The position numbers and the translations under genes were made by a program. The notes under the pieces were generated by a model. It did no database searches, had not been told where the DNA came from, and worked only from the letters and a program-made list of their open reading frames with translations. 64,000 bases of DNA from an uncultured Pseudomonadota bacterium (GTDB taxonomy: Bacteria; Myxococcota_A; Polyangia; Fen-1088), in the NCBI GenBank assembly GCA_963847705.1, contig CAWKBC010000008.1:32001-96000 (forward strand). Reading direction: 5' to 3'. Within the stretch, counting starts at the first letter, position 1; each line of letters starts with the position of its first letter. Shown here in pieces: positions 47,898 to 56,921 of this stretch.

Positions 47898-48793
47898 GGG
47901 TAGGGGAACTCCGGCGTCGGTTGGGTCGGCTCGAGGTCGTTGAACTTGCGGAGGTCGAGCAGCAGATGACCGTCGGGCGTCTCGCTGAGCACGTCCGCCA
48001 TCCGCTGTCCCCAGAGGATGTCGCGCGCGAAGTAGCGGTGCTCGCCGTGCACCATCTGCATCGTCGCGTCGTCGAGCCCGATCACCTGAACCTGCAGCTC
48101 GATCTCCTTGGCGGCCAGCGAACCGGGCGTCTCGCCGTAAAGCGGGCTGTCGCGATCGATGACGTGGAGCACGTTCCAGGAGCGCGAGAGTGACAGCGCC
48201 CGCTGGCGGGTGAGCGCCAGATCGAGCATCCGGTAGAAGGTCTTTCCCTCGGCGGTCCGCTCGGTCCGCACCAGCAACACCTTGATCTGCGTGTCGACGA
48301 TCGAGTTGCGGCGCTGATTTCCCAGGCGGAACGACAGCGTGGGAACGCCGTTGTGGACGAAGATCGTCGCCTTCTGGGTGAAGATGAGCCGCGCCGTCGA
48401 ACGGGAAAACTTGGCAAACACCAGACCGGTCGCCAGCGCCGTCAACGTCAGCCCCGTGATCGACTCGGCGGTGACCAGCAGGTTGGCGCCCGTCGACTGG
48501 GGGAACATCGCGCCGTAGCCGACCGTTCCCATCGTCTGCACGCTGAAGAAAAACGCGTCGCGAAACGACCCCTCCCCCGCGTGCGCGACCCCGCCGACGA
48601 TCAGATAGAGCAGGCCGAAGAGCGCATTGGCCAGAAGGAACGCGCCGCTGATGGCGGCGATCGACACCCACCAGGGGAGTCCCAGCAGCCCGTGGTAAAA
48701 ATCGGTCAGCGGCGCGCGTCGATCGCCGACGATCCGGATCTCGTAGTCGGCGCCCGGCTCGCGGATCCGTTTGACCTCGTTGGCGCGGTGCAC
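47894..48793 (-). CDS. KirBac inward-rectifier potassium channel
   Basis: DFYH.LL..PW, AFFFSVQTM.TVGYG.M.P, FAKFSR, GVPTL.FR.GN.R, W...H.ID..SPLYG. Confidence 0.95.
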   Translation of the reverse strand: MHRANEVKRIREPGADYEIRIVGDRRAPLTDFYHGLLGLPWWVSIAAISGAFLLANALFGLLYLIVGGVAHAGEGSFRDAFFFSVQTMGTVGYGAMFPQSTGANLLVTAESITGLTLTALATGLVFAKFSRSTARLIFTQKATIFVHNGVPTLSFRLGNQRRNSIVDTQIKVLLVRTERTAEGKTFYRMLDLALTRQRALSLSRSWNVLHVIDRDSPLYGETPGSLAAKEIELQVQVIGLDDATMQMVHGEHRYFARDILWGQRMADVLSETPDGHLLLDLRKFNDLEPTQPTPEFPYP

Positions 48794-48828
48794 GGCGCGA
48801 CGTTACTTCAGTTCACGCCCGCGCTTCA

Positions 48829-50169
48829 TCAGAACGTGATGGCGTTGACCAGCGAGGGGACGCCGACCGCGCCAGCCGGCGCGATGTCCAGCACGACTGC
48901 GCGCGAACCGGGCGGCAGGTCGCGGCGCGCCGCCTCCAGCGTCGCCTGCAGCGAGTCCTTCCCGGCCGGAACTACCAGCGCGATCGCCCGCACGCCCCAG
49001 GCCAGGTGCAGGCGCCGGGTCGTCTCGGGAACGCGGCTGTAGGCCAGGATCGGACGGCGCGGGCGAAAGGCAGCCAGGCTCTGGGCGCTGACGCCGGTGC
49101 TGGTGGGGACGATGATGGCGGCGGCGTCGAGATCGTCCGCCAGATCGGCGGCGGCGTGCGCCAGCGCGTTGGTCATCGCGGTGCGCGCGGGCCCCTCGTG
49201 CGGCGGCAGCAGCGGCTCGGTCTCGACCAGCAGACGGATCATCATGTTCACCGCGCCGGCCGGATCGTGACCGACGGCGGTCTCCTCCGACAGCATCACC
49301 GCGTCGGTGCCGTCGAGCACCGCGTTGGCCACGTCGGTCACCTCGGCGCGCGTCGGCAGCGGGCTCGAGACCATCGACATCAGCATCTGGGTGGCGGTGA
49401 TGACCGGCCGCCCGGCCCGGTTGGCGGCCCGGATGATCCGCTTCTGTGTGGCCGGCACCCGCTCGATCGGGATCTCCACCCCCAGATCGCCCCGCGCCAC
49501 CATGATCGCGTCGGTGGCCGCGACGATCGCGTCCAGCCGCTCCAGCGCCTGCTGCTTTTCGATCTTCGCCACCAGCGGCAGCTTGGTCAGGGTCCGCGCC
49601 TCCGCGATGTCGCGCTCGTGGCGAACGTACGAGATGGCGACGAAGTCGGGCGCCAGGACGTCGAGGTTCGCCAGATCGGCTCGGTCCTTGTCGGTCAGCG
49701 CGGGGAGCGACGAGCTGTCGCGCGGCAGATTGATTCCCTTGCGCGAGCGCAGCGTCCCACCGACGCGAACCTGGCAGACGACGCGATCGGCGCCCACGTT
49801 GGTGGCGACGAGATCGATCGTTCCGTCCGCGATGTAGATCGGATCTCCGACGTGCACCCGTTCGTAGAGCGACGGGTCGCCGACCGGCACCCCGCCCGCT
49901 CCCAGCGTCAGCGAGTCCCCTTCCTTGACGACCAGCTCGGCCGGAAGATCCGCGAGGCGAAGCTTGGGCCCCGCCAGGTCGACCAGCACCGCGATGTCGG
50001 GGCGATGCGCGCGCGCGCGGCGAACGCGGCCGGCCTGATCGCGCGGCCCCGCGTGCGAGAGGTTCACCCGCAGGACGTCGACCCCCGCGTCGAGCAGACG
50101 CTCGAGCGCGCCTGGAGGATCCTGGGCCGGTCCGATGGTGGCGATGATCTTGGTGCGACGCTCGTGCAT
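48829..50169 (-). CDS. pyk: Pyruvate kinase
   Basis: RRTKIIATIGPA, R.NLSH, DL.GPKLR, AKIE, MVARGDLGVE, TATQML.SM, PTRAEVTDVANAVLDGTDAVMLS.ETA.G. Confidence 0.96.
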   Translation of the reverse strand: MHERRTKIIATIGPAQDPPGALERLLDAGVDVLRVNLSHAGPRDQAGRVRRARAHRPDIAVLVDLAGPKLRLADLPAELVVKEGDSLTLGAGGVPVGDPSLYERVHVGDPIYIADGTIDLVATNVGADRVVCQVRVGGTLRSRKGINLPRDSSSLPALTDKDRADLANLDVLAPDFVAISYVRHERDIAEARTLTKLPLVAKIEKQQALERLDAIVAATDAIMVARGDLGVEIPIERVPATQKRIIRAANRAGRPVITATQMLMSMVSSPLPTRAEVTDVANAVLDGTDAVMLSEETAVGHDPAGAVNMMIRLLVETEPLLPPHEGPARTAMTNALAHAAADLADDLDAAAIIVPTSTGVSAQSLAAFRPRRPILAYSRVPETTRRLHLAWGVRAIALVVPAGKDSLQATLEAARRDLPPGSRAVVLDIAPAGAVGVPSLVNAITF

Positions 50170-50189
50170 CGTTGGCCACTCTACCCCGA

Positions 50190-50756
50190 CTAGCGCGCCT
50201 GAATCACCCCGCCGTCGGTCAAGATCAGGTTTCGGTGGCGATGCGCGCCGGTAAATCCCTCGATCTCCTGCACCCAGGACGAATCGGGGTAGTGGTTCAC
50301 GGCGTACTCGGCCTCGCCGCGCGCCTCCTTGGCCATCCCCTGCGCGGCCAGCGCGTGAACCAGGATCGAGGCGCGCTCCGGGGCGTCAGGGCTGTCCGGG
50401 AAGCGCCGGTTGCCGGCGCGGGCCAGCTCGACGGCGAGCGCGAAGTTGCTGCCGGCGACGCTCCGCAGGCGCGCCATCAGGACCGACTCCTTGAGCGGCG
50501 CGGCCGCCTCCGAACCGGCCGGCGGCGGCGGCGCGGTCGTCGAGGGCGACCGGTCGGGACCCGGCGGATGGGACGCGGGGGGCGCAGGGGCCGGCGGGGG
50601 CGCGACCGCGACGGGCGCGGCCGGGGCGACCGGCGAGGGCTCTGCGGGCGGCGGAGTGACCGGCGCGGGCCTGGCGCGCAAAAACGCCGCCGCGCCGAGA
50701 CCGACCCCGGCCACCACGACAAGCGCGGCCCAGACCCGTTTGGTCGTCGGTTGCAC
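50190..50756 (-). CDS. Membrane-anchored protein with Pro linker and C-terminal TPR-like domain
   Basis: N-terminal TM; C-terminus RRFPDSPDAPERASILVHAL..EAR..YPDS resembles the C-terminus of 52406..53242. TAGACT 6 nt before the GTG. Confidence 0.65.
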   Translation of the reverse strand: MQPTTKRVWAALVVVAGVGLGAAAFLRARPAPVTPPPAEPSPVAPAAPVAVAPPPAPAPPASHPPGPDRSPSTTAPPPPAGSEAAAPLKESVLMARLRSVAGSNFALAVELARAGNRRFPDSPDAPERASILVHALAAQGMAKEARGEAEYAVNHYPDSSWVQEIEGFTGAHRHRNLILTDGGVIQAR

Positions 50757-50773
50757 CTGGTCAGTCTACCCGG

Positions 50774-52258
50774 TCAGGGGCAGGCGTTCAGCGTCGCCAT
50801 CTGCGCGGTGTAGAGGTTCTGCATCGGGGTCTTCATCGTCGGCCAGGCGGTCATCGGGTTGCCGCCGTTGTCGTCGTTGGTCTCGTAGTTCCAGGCCCAG
50901 GCGCCGTTGTAACCGTTGCTATAGAGGTTGGTGTACAGGTCGGAGCCGTTCACGCCGTCGGTGGTGACGGCCCAGAACTCGCCCATCACCAGGTTCTTGT
51001 CGAGCTTCCAGTTGGACGCCGGGTGGGTGAAGCAGGAGACGCCCGAGCCGTTCGAGGTGTAGTAGTGGACCTCGTAGAAGTCGAGCGTGCCGTTGGCTTT
51101 GCCGCCCGCGGCCGTGAGGGCGGCGTCCGAGTAGAGGTTGGAAAAGCCGCTGGCGGTCGAGCAGGTGTTGAAGGTCTGCGCCCCGCTCGTCACGCGGGCG
51201 TTGGGATCGGTCGAATGGATCGCGGACGCGAACACGTTGACCGTCTTCTGGATGTACATCTGGTCGACCTCGGTCCCGCCGTTGGCCGCGGTCCACCCAT
51301 GCTGGGTGGTCATCCCCTCGGGCTCGTTGAAGATCTCGTACGAGTAGACGCCCGGATTCCCCTTCAACGCCGTGACCAGAGGCACGAGCACGTTGGTCAC
51401 GTAGGCGTTGCGGTTGGCGTCGACGGTGAGGAGATTCTGGTTCTGCGTGCGCAGGGTGGTCGTGATGTTCTCGCCCCCCTGCAGCATGTCGAACGACCAG
51501 AGGCTGATGTTGAGCGCCACGCCCGCGGTGTGGGCGGCGTTGGCCAGGCTCACGACGTCGTTGAGCGCGCCCGAGGTGAGCGGCATGGCCATCCCGCTCG
51601 AGTCGTAGCCGGGCGTCACCGTGCCGTTGGTGTGAAACCACCAGCGGATCACCCGCCCGCCCACCGAGGCGCTGTTGGTGAAGATCGTATTGAACGTCGC
51701 CAGATTGGGATTGGGGATGTCGTTGGCGAAGTTCACCCAGGCGACGTTCAGGCCGCTGGCGAACTTGCAGATCGCCGGGCTGCCAGCGCCGCCCGCTCCC
51801 GTGGTCCCCCCGGTCGCAGGCGTGCCGCCGGTGCCGGTCGCCCCGGCCTTGCCACCCGTGCCGGTCGCCCCGCCCTTGCCGCCGGCCCCGGCGGTCGCGG
51901 AGGCTCCGCCGGTCCCGATCGTCCCGCCAGTGGCGCTGGTGCCGCCGGTGCCGGTCGTGCCGCCGGTCGCCGTCGCGCCGCCGGTGCCGGTCGTGCCGCC
52001 GGTGCCGGTCGTGCCGCCGGTCGCCGTCGTGCCCCCGGTGCCCGGGGTGCCGCCGGTGGCAACGTTGCCGCCCGTGGCAATCGAACCGCCCGTGGCGGTG
52101 GTCCCACCGGTGCCGGTGGCCCCCCCCCTGGCCCCACTGTTCCCACCCTCGCTGGAAGCACCGCCAGACCCGCCCCCGGCGTCATCGGTGCTCTCGGGCG
52201 AGGCGCAGGCAGCGAGGGAGAGGGTCAACAACAGGGGGAGAACACGGGCAGGCTTCAT
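50774..52258 (-). CDS. GH5 endo-beta-1,4-mannanase-like lipoprotein (GH5_10-like)
   Basis: Lipobox LAAC; TGG-repeat linker; GLNVAW..F..D, RWWFH..G, LWSFD, EIFNEPEG (acid/base), DFYEVHYY, MGEF (nucleophile), GAWAW.Y; RBS ggagg. Confidence 0.82.
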   Translation of the reverse strand: MKPARVLPLLLTLSLAACASPESTDDAGGGSGGASSEGGNSGARGGATGTGGTTATGGSIATGGNVATGGTPGTGGTTATGGTTGTGGTTGTGGATATGGTTGTGGTSATGGTIGTGGASATAGAGGKGGATGTGGKAGATGTGGTPATGGTTGAGGAGSPAICKFASGLNVAWVNFANDIPNPNLATFNTIFTNSASVGGRVIRWWFHTNGTVTPGYDSSGMAMPLTSGALNDVVSLANAAHTAGVALNISLWSFDMLQGGENITTTLRTQNQNLLTVDANRNAYVTNVLVPLVTALKGNPGVYSYEIFNEPEGMTTQHGWTAANGGTEVDQMYIQKTVNVFASAIHSTDPNARVTSGAQTFNTCSTASGFSNLYSDAALTAAGGKANGTLDFYEVHYYTSNGSGVSCFTHPASNWKLDKNLVMGEFWAVTTDGVNGSDLYTNLYSNGYNGAWAWNYETNDDNGGNPMTAWPTMKTPMQNLYTAQMATLNACP

Positions 52259-52405
52259 GATTCCTCCGATAAGGAAGGGCGACGGGGCAAGGGGCAACGG
52301 GGGTCACCGGCGCCAAGGGCGCCCCCGCTCGCGGACCTTCACGGAATCGCACAGACGCGAAAACAACTCGAACGACTGGAAGTGCCGCGGCTGGCCTGAT
52401 TCGGC

Positions 52406-53242
52406 TCAGCGTTGTGCCCGAAGGGCCAGTTCCTCGAACGGTCCGCCGGGGTACCGGCGCAGGTAGCGGGCCCCGAGCGTGGCAGCGTCGCCGTCCCGGT
52501 GGGCCACCGCCGCTTCGATGGTCAGCGCCAGTGCCTCCTCGGCCAGGGCGCCGTTGGGGTGCCGATCGAGGTATCGGGCGAGCAGCCCGCGGGCACGCAC
52601 CGGATCGTGCTCCACGCGGAGGGCGCGCATCCCGGCCAGCACCGACCGGGTCTCTTCATCCTCGCGGTCCCGCGCCGCTTCGTGCCTGGTTTCCTGGTGC
52701 CCGGACTCGTCGCGCGCCGCAGAGGGCGGCGCCGCAGACCGGAGGTGCGGAGGTACGATCTGCTCGCGGCTCGTGACTGGCGCGTCCGGCGGTGGCGCGA
52801 CCTCAGGCAGCGGACCCGACGCCGGCGGTCTGGCGACCGCCAGCGGCTGGGCCGCGACCGACACGGCGTGACGGTCGACCAGCCTGTGCGTCCGTGCACG
52901 TTCCGGCGACACGGCGACCGACGAGGCGGCGGGAACGAGCCGCTCGTAGGCGCGCCCGATCCAGCCACGCCACGGCCCGATCGCCGCGCTGGCGAATGCG
53001 CAGCCGCCTATCAACACACCGGCCACGATCGCCGGGCGCAGGAGGCGCGGCGCGCGGCGAGGAGCGTTCGATCGGCCCAGGCTCAGCAGCACGCGCTGCT
53101 TCCGCCCGGGCGGCGACTTGTAAGGCCCCGTCGACCGCACCAGATCGACGAGCCAGGGGTCGACCCCGGACTCCTCGGTCAGGCGCGGTGGATTGCCTCT
53201 CTCGAGGGCCTGTCCGTCGCGGGAATCGTCGTCGCCCCTCAT
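52406..53242 (-). CDS. Putative anti-sigma-like membrane protein with C-terminal TPR-like domain
   Basis: ATGA overlap with the ECF sigma; single TM (AIVAGVLIGGCAFASAAI); C-terminus EETRSV..ALR..A..LL..YL.RHPNGALAEEA..YL.RYP.G. Confidence 0.7.
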   Translation of the reverse strand: MRGDDDSRDGQALERGNPPRLTEESGVDPWLVDLVRSTGPYKSPPGRKQRVLLSLGRSNAPRRAPRLLRPAIVAGVLIGGCAFASAAIGPWRGWIGRAYERLVPAASSVAVSPERARTHRLVDRHAVSVAAQPLAVARPPASGPLPEVAPPPDAPVTSREQIVPPHLRSAAPPSAARDESGHQETRHEAARDREDEETRSVLAGMRALRVEHDPVRARGLLARYLDRHPNGALAEEALALTIEAAVAHRDGDAATLGARYLRRYPGGPFEELALRAQR

Positions 53243-53263
53243 GCGTCGCCCCTCATGCGTCGC
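53230..53263 (-). repeat. 14-bp tandem duplication at the sigma/anti-sigma junction
   Basis: cgtcgcccctcatg x2 followed by cgtcgc. Confidence 0.85.
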
Positions 53264-53835
53264 TGCGCCTCGCGGAACCGCGCGGCCAGCGCCGCGAAAT
53301 CCCTGCGCGCGTGATAGAGGCGGGTCCAGACGGTGTTGAGGGGAACGCTCTGAATGCGGGCGATCTCCTCGCCCGAGAGCCCCTCGATCTCGAACAGCAC
53401 GAAGGTCGTCCGTCGCTCTTCGCGAATCTTGCCCAGGATGGCGAGGAGGATCCGCTGGTCTTCTCGCCGCTCCAGCGCCGCGGAGGGACCCCCGGCGCCG
53501 CTCTGGAGGGCGTCGGGATCCTCGACCCGGCGCTTGGTGAAGATGTGCTTGACCCAGCTGCGGCGGCGAAAGTCGCGCACCTGGCGGCGGGTGATCCGGT
53601 AGAGCCACCCGGCGGGGTTCGCACCGTCGAAGGCGTCGAGTCGCCGGCGCACGACCAGGAAGACCTCTTGCACGATGTCGTCGCGGTCGGCCTCGGCGCC
53701 ACCGAGCGCGCGGATCCAGCGCGCGACCTCCTCGAACCAGGCGTCGTAGAACGACCGAAAGTCCTGGAGGACGCCCGCTGCCCGGGCTGCTTCATGCGCA
53801 CCGCTCAGAGGGCGCGTCCGTGCCAGGACCTTCAT
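53239..53835 (-). CDS. ECF RNA polymerase sigma-70 factor
   Basis: F...Y..WF..V.RW...LG, DDIVQEVFL.V.RRL..F, GWLY.I, R.TFVLFEIEGLSG.EIA.....P.NTVWTRL..AR. TACAAT 9 nt before ATG 53835. Confidence 0.92.
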   Translation of the reverse strand: MKVLARTRPLSGAHEAARAAGVLQDFRSFYDAWFEEVARWIRALGGAEADRDDIVQEVFLVVRRRLDAFDGANPAGWLYRITRRQVRDFRRRSWVKHIFTKRRVEDPDALQSGAGGPSAALERREDQRILLAILGKIREERRTTFVLFEIEGLSGEEIARIQSVPLNTVWTRLYHARRDFAALAARFREAQRRMRGDA

Positions 53836-53908
53836 GGCCGGGCGATTGTATCCGAGGGACGTCGCCAACGTCTCGCCCAACCAGAGGCGATTCGGATATC
53901 GTGGCCTG

Positions 53909-54949
53909 GTGCGTGAAGCGCTCCTTCGCGGCGCGGGCCCGGCCGCCGCGGCGCTGCTCGGTTTCGCCGCCGCAATGGGCGCGCCGGCCCAGGCAGCGCC
54001 GCCCGATGAGTCGAAGCTGCCGTCAGCGCCCGCGCCCGCGAAGCCGCTCGGGCCGACTGCGCCGACGGGTCCCGCGCCGCTCGACGCGTCGTCCGTGATC
54101 GGGGGACCCAGCACCTGCCCGCGTCCCGACGCCGTCTGGAGCGAGCTCGTGACGTTGGTGCCGCCCGAGCGCCTCGCGGCCCGCCTGCGCACGGCGACGC
54201 GCGGCAAGACTCCGCTCGTCGAGCTCGTCGATCTCGGCGTGCCGTACCGGATCCTCATGGCGGGGCAGATCCGCGAGTACCGGGACGACAGCCGGGACTG
54301 CGCCTACCGCGCGCGCATCGCGGCGGTGTTCGTGGCGCTGGCGATCGATCCGGCCCAGTTGCCCGCACAGCTGCCGATGCCGATGCCACCCGTTGCCCCG
54401 CCGTCGCCGGCAGCGCCGCCCCCGGTCGAGGCACTGCCGTCGCCAGGCGCCCGCCTGGATCTGGGCGCGACGGCGGTGGGCGGTCTCGGACCAGAGGCTC
54501 GCGTCGGTCAGGTCGGAGCCGAGCTGCGCTGGTCGGCCGGGCGCCGGCGGCTCGTTCCCGAGGTGGGCGTGACGGCGCTGCTGCCGGTCGACAACACCGT
54601 GGGGGGCGTGCGGCTGCGGCAGTGGCGGCTGCCGATCGACGCTGGCCTGCGCGCCCGGATCGCCGGCCCCCGTTTCGAACGGTACGGCGAGCTCGGCGTC
54701 TCCGCGGCGCTGCTCTCGGAACGCGCGCTCGATCTCGCCACCTCGAGATCGCAGACGGGGCTCGAGCTCGGCCTGCGGCTCGCCGTCGGGGTGTACGCCT
54801 CTCACGCGCGCTTCGCACCCTTCGCCGCCCTCTCCGGCGAGCTGGTCCCCGCTCCCCCGGCGATCTTCGCGCTGCCCGCGGGAACCGTGGGGCACACACC
54901 CATCTTCTGGATCGGCGCGACGGCCGGCGCGTCGCTGGGATTCCTCTGA
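53909..54949 (+). CDS. Secreted/outer-membrane protein with N-terminal CP..C domain and C-terminal beta-barrel-like region
   Basis: Signal peptide; STCP.PD.V, GQIREY.D..RDC..RARIAAVFVALAIDP, Pro linker, then alternating beta-strand pattern ending GASLGFL. TATCGT 6 nt before GTG 53909. Confidence 0.65.
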   Translation: MREALLRGAGPAAAALLGFAAAMGAPAQAAPPDESKLPSAPAPAKPLGPTAPTGPAPLDASSVIGGPSTCPRPDAVWSELVTLVPPERLAARLRTATRGKTPLVELVDLGVPYRILMAGQIREYRDDSRDCAYRARIAAVFVALAIDPAQLPAQLPMPMPPVAPPSPAAPPPVEALPSPGARLDLGATAVGGLGPEARVGQVGAELRWSAGRRRLVPEVGVTALLPVDNTVGGVRLRQWRLPIDAGLRARIAGPRFERYGELGVSAALLSERALDLATSRSQTGLELGLRLAVGVYASHARFAPFAALSGELVPAPPAIFALPAGTVGHTPIFWIGATAGASLGFL

Positions 54950-55725
54950 TGCGCGGGCGCCCGATCTTGCCGATGATCTTGCTGCTGGGGGCGCTCGCCG
55001 CCGCATGCAGCCCGCTCGACGTCGGGTCGGATCTCCTCTGGACCGCGCGGTTCGAGACCGGCGACTTCAGCGAGTGGACCGGCGTCGCGGGCGGCGACGC
55101 GCAGGCGTTCCCCGCGCCGCCCAACACGATCGCCGTCTCCAACGGGCAGGCGCACACCGGCAGCGAATCTGCCGCGCTCACCATCACCGCCGGCAGCGAT
55201 GGCGCGCAGGAGAACGCCAGCCTCTCGCGCGCCGGCGGCCTGCCCCCCGAGGCCTATTACAGCGCCTGGTACTACCTGCCCTACAGCGTGTCGGTCGGAC
55301 CGTTCTGGGTGATCTTCAAGTTCCGGATGCGCACCAACGCCGACGACGCCAGCACGGCCGGCGAGCTCTTCGACATGGATCTGGCCACCCTGCCGAGCGG
55401 CGAGATGACCCTCCGGCTCTACGATCACCGGACCTCGGCGGACATCCCGCTCGACGTCTCGAATCCGATCGTCCCGGTGGAGCAGTGGTTTCAGGTCGAG
55501 GCGTTCTACCGCGCGGCCGACGACAATACCGGACGCCTGACCTATTGGTTGAATGGCCAGCAGATCGTGGACGTCGCCGGCGCGGCCACCAGCCCGACCT
55601 CGTGGGTCGAGTGGGACGCCTGCAGCGTCGGCGAAAACCTGACGCCGGCGACGGCGACCCTCTACATCGACGACTGCGCCATCAGCCGCTCGCGCGTCGG
55701 ACCCGCCGGGCGGCTCACCGACTGA
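54949..55725 (+). CDS. Lipoprotein with polysaccharide-lyase-like/ConA-like beta-sandwich
   Basis: Lipobox LAAAC; FETGDFSEW, AH.G..SA, EAYYSAWYYLP, W.QVE...A.D.TG....W.NG, YIDD..IS; TGATG overlap with the upstream gene. Confidence 0.7.
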   Translation: MRGRPILPMILLLGALAAACSPLDVGSDLLWTARFETGDFSEWTGVAGGDAQAFPAPPNTIAVSNGQAHTGSESAALTITAGSDGAQENASLSRAGGLPPEAYYSAWYYLPYSVSVGPFWVIFKFRMRTNADDASTAGELFDMDLATLPSGEMTLRLYDHRTSADIPLDVSNPIVPVEQWFQVEAFYRAADDNTGRLTYWLNGQQIVDVAGAATSPTSWVEWDACSVGENLTPATATLYIDDCAISRSRVGPAGRLTD

Positions 55726-55806
55726 CAGGCGATAGCCGGAACATCTTCACGCCAGCGTGACCGCGGGGACCGAGCGATCGTAGAAGGGGCGAGAGGGACC
55801 AAGACC

Positions 55807-56208
55807 ATGAATGACACCGCCGATGAAACCGCGATTCGAAGGCTGATCGAGGACTGGGCGGCGGCCGTCCGCCGGCAAGACCTGGAAGGGATTCTCCGCG
55901 ATCACGCGCCGGACATCGTCATGTTCGACGTGCCGCCCCCGCTCGAGTCGCGCGGCATCGAGGCCTACGAGGCAACCTGGGAGCTGTTCTTTCGATGGGC
56001 GCGGAAACCGGTCCTGTTCGACATCACTCGGATGGAGATCCGCGCGGGAAACGAGGTCGCCTTCGCCGTGGCCCTCATGCGCTGTGGGAGCAAGCAGCCC
56101 GACGGCACGGATCTCGACCTCGACTTTCGCCTGACCGTCGGCCTCAGCAAGGTGGGCGGCCGATGGACGGTCGTGCACGAACATCACTCGATCCCCGCGG
56201 GGTCTTAG
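55807..56208 (+). CDS. NTF2/SnoaL-like (YybH/DUF4440) protein
   Basis: AIRRLIEDW..A.R..D, DIVMFDVPPPL..RG..AY...W, RLTVGL.K..G.W...HEHHS.P. Confidence 0.88.
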   Translation: MNDTADETAIRRLIEDWAAAVRRQDLEGILRDHAPDIVMFDVPPPLESRGIEAYEATWELFFRWARKPVLFDITRMEIRAGNEVAFAVALMRCGSKQPDGTDLDLDFRLTVGLSKVGGRWTVVHEHHSIPAGS

Positions 56209-56237
56209 CCTCCTGGCCTTCCACCAGAGGGTATCTG

Positions 56238-56921
56238 CTATTTCTGTCGCGCCGCCGCCAGCAGGCCGGGGAGATCGCAGTCGCAGAAGTCGCCGATCCG
56301 CGCCAGCGTGATGTCGGGAGGTGGGAAGCTGGCCACCTCGGGCGCCAGCGCATAGTGCCCCTGGCGCGGAAACACGGTGGTGAGCCGCTCGCCCCAGATC
56401 TTCTTCACCGCGGTGAGGATCCTGATCTTGTCGTCGACCAGCACGTAGTGATCGGCGGGGTAGCGGCGCTCGACGTCGTCCAGCTCGTGCTCCTTGTGGA
56501 TGTAGATGAGCACGCGCCTTTCGACGGCGTCGAACAGACCGGACCGCTCGACCTTGCGCGGCTGGAACACCACGTCGCCGTCGGAGAGGATGACGGTCTG
56601 GCCAAACCTCGCCGCGTGCTCGACGGCGTCGAGCGATCCCGGGAACAGCCGGTTGGCGAAGGGGTAGTTCACCAGGAACGAGGAGACCGCCAGCAGATGC
56701 GGGTCGCGCGGGTGGACCAGCCGGTAGCGCTGCAGGGCGCCCAGGTAGTCGGAGTAGCCGAGCTCCGTCCGGAGCGTCTCGAAGATCTCGAAGTACTGCT
56801 CGGCCCGGCCAGCGCCCACCTCGTTCAGCAGGTAACGGCGGAGGTCGGCGCTCACCCGATCGTTGTCGAGCAGCGTGTTGTCGACGTCGAACAGAAAGAC
56901 GACTTTGCCCGGGCCGCTCAC
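56238..56921 (-). CDS. HAD-family hydrolase
   Basis: FLFDVDNTLLDND, ILSDGDVVFQP.K, YIHKE, LVDDK; GTGA overlap with rpiA. Confidence 0.88.
   Translation of the reverse strand: MSGPGKVVFLFDVDNTLLDNDRVSADLRRYLLNEVGAGRAEQYFEIFETLRTELGYSDYLGALQRYRLVHPRDPHLLAVSSFLVNYPFANRLFPGSLDAVEHAARFGQTVILSDGDVVFQPRKVERSGLFDAVERRVLIYIHKEHELDDVERRYPADHYVLVDDKIRILTAVKKIWGERLTTVFPRQGHYALAPEVASFPPPDITLARIGDFCDCDLPGLLAAARQK

Noticed and set aside
53834-53908. Head-to-head genes sharing one CATG start palindrome
   Set aside because: The + strand gene more plausibly starts at GTG 53909, with TATCGT 6 nt upstream and a signal peptide following.
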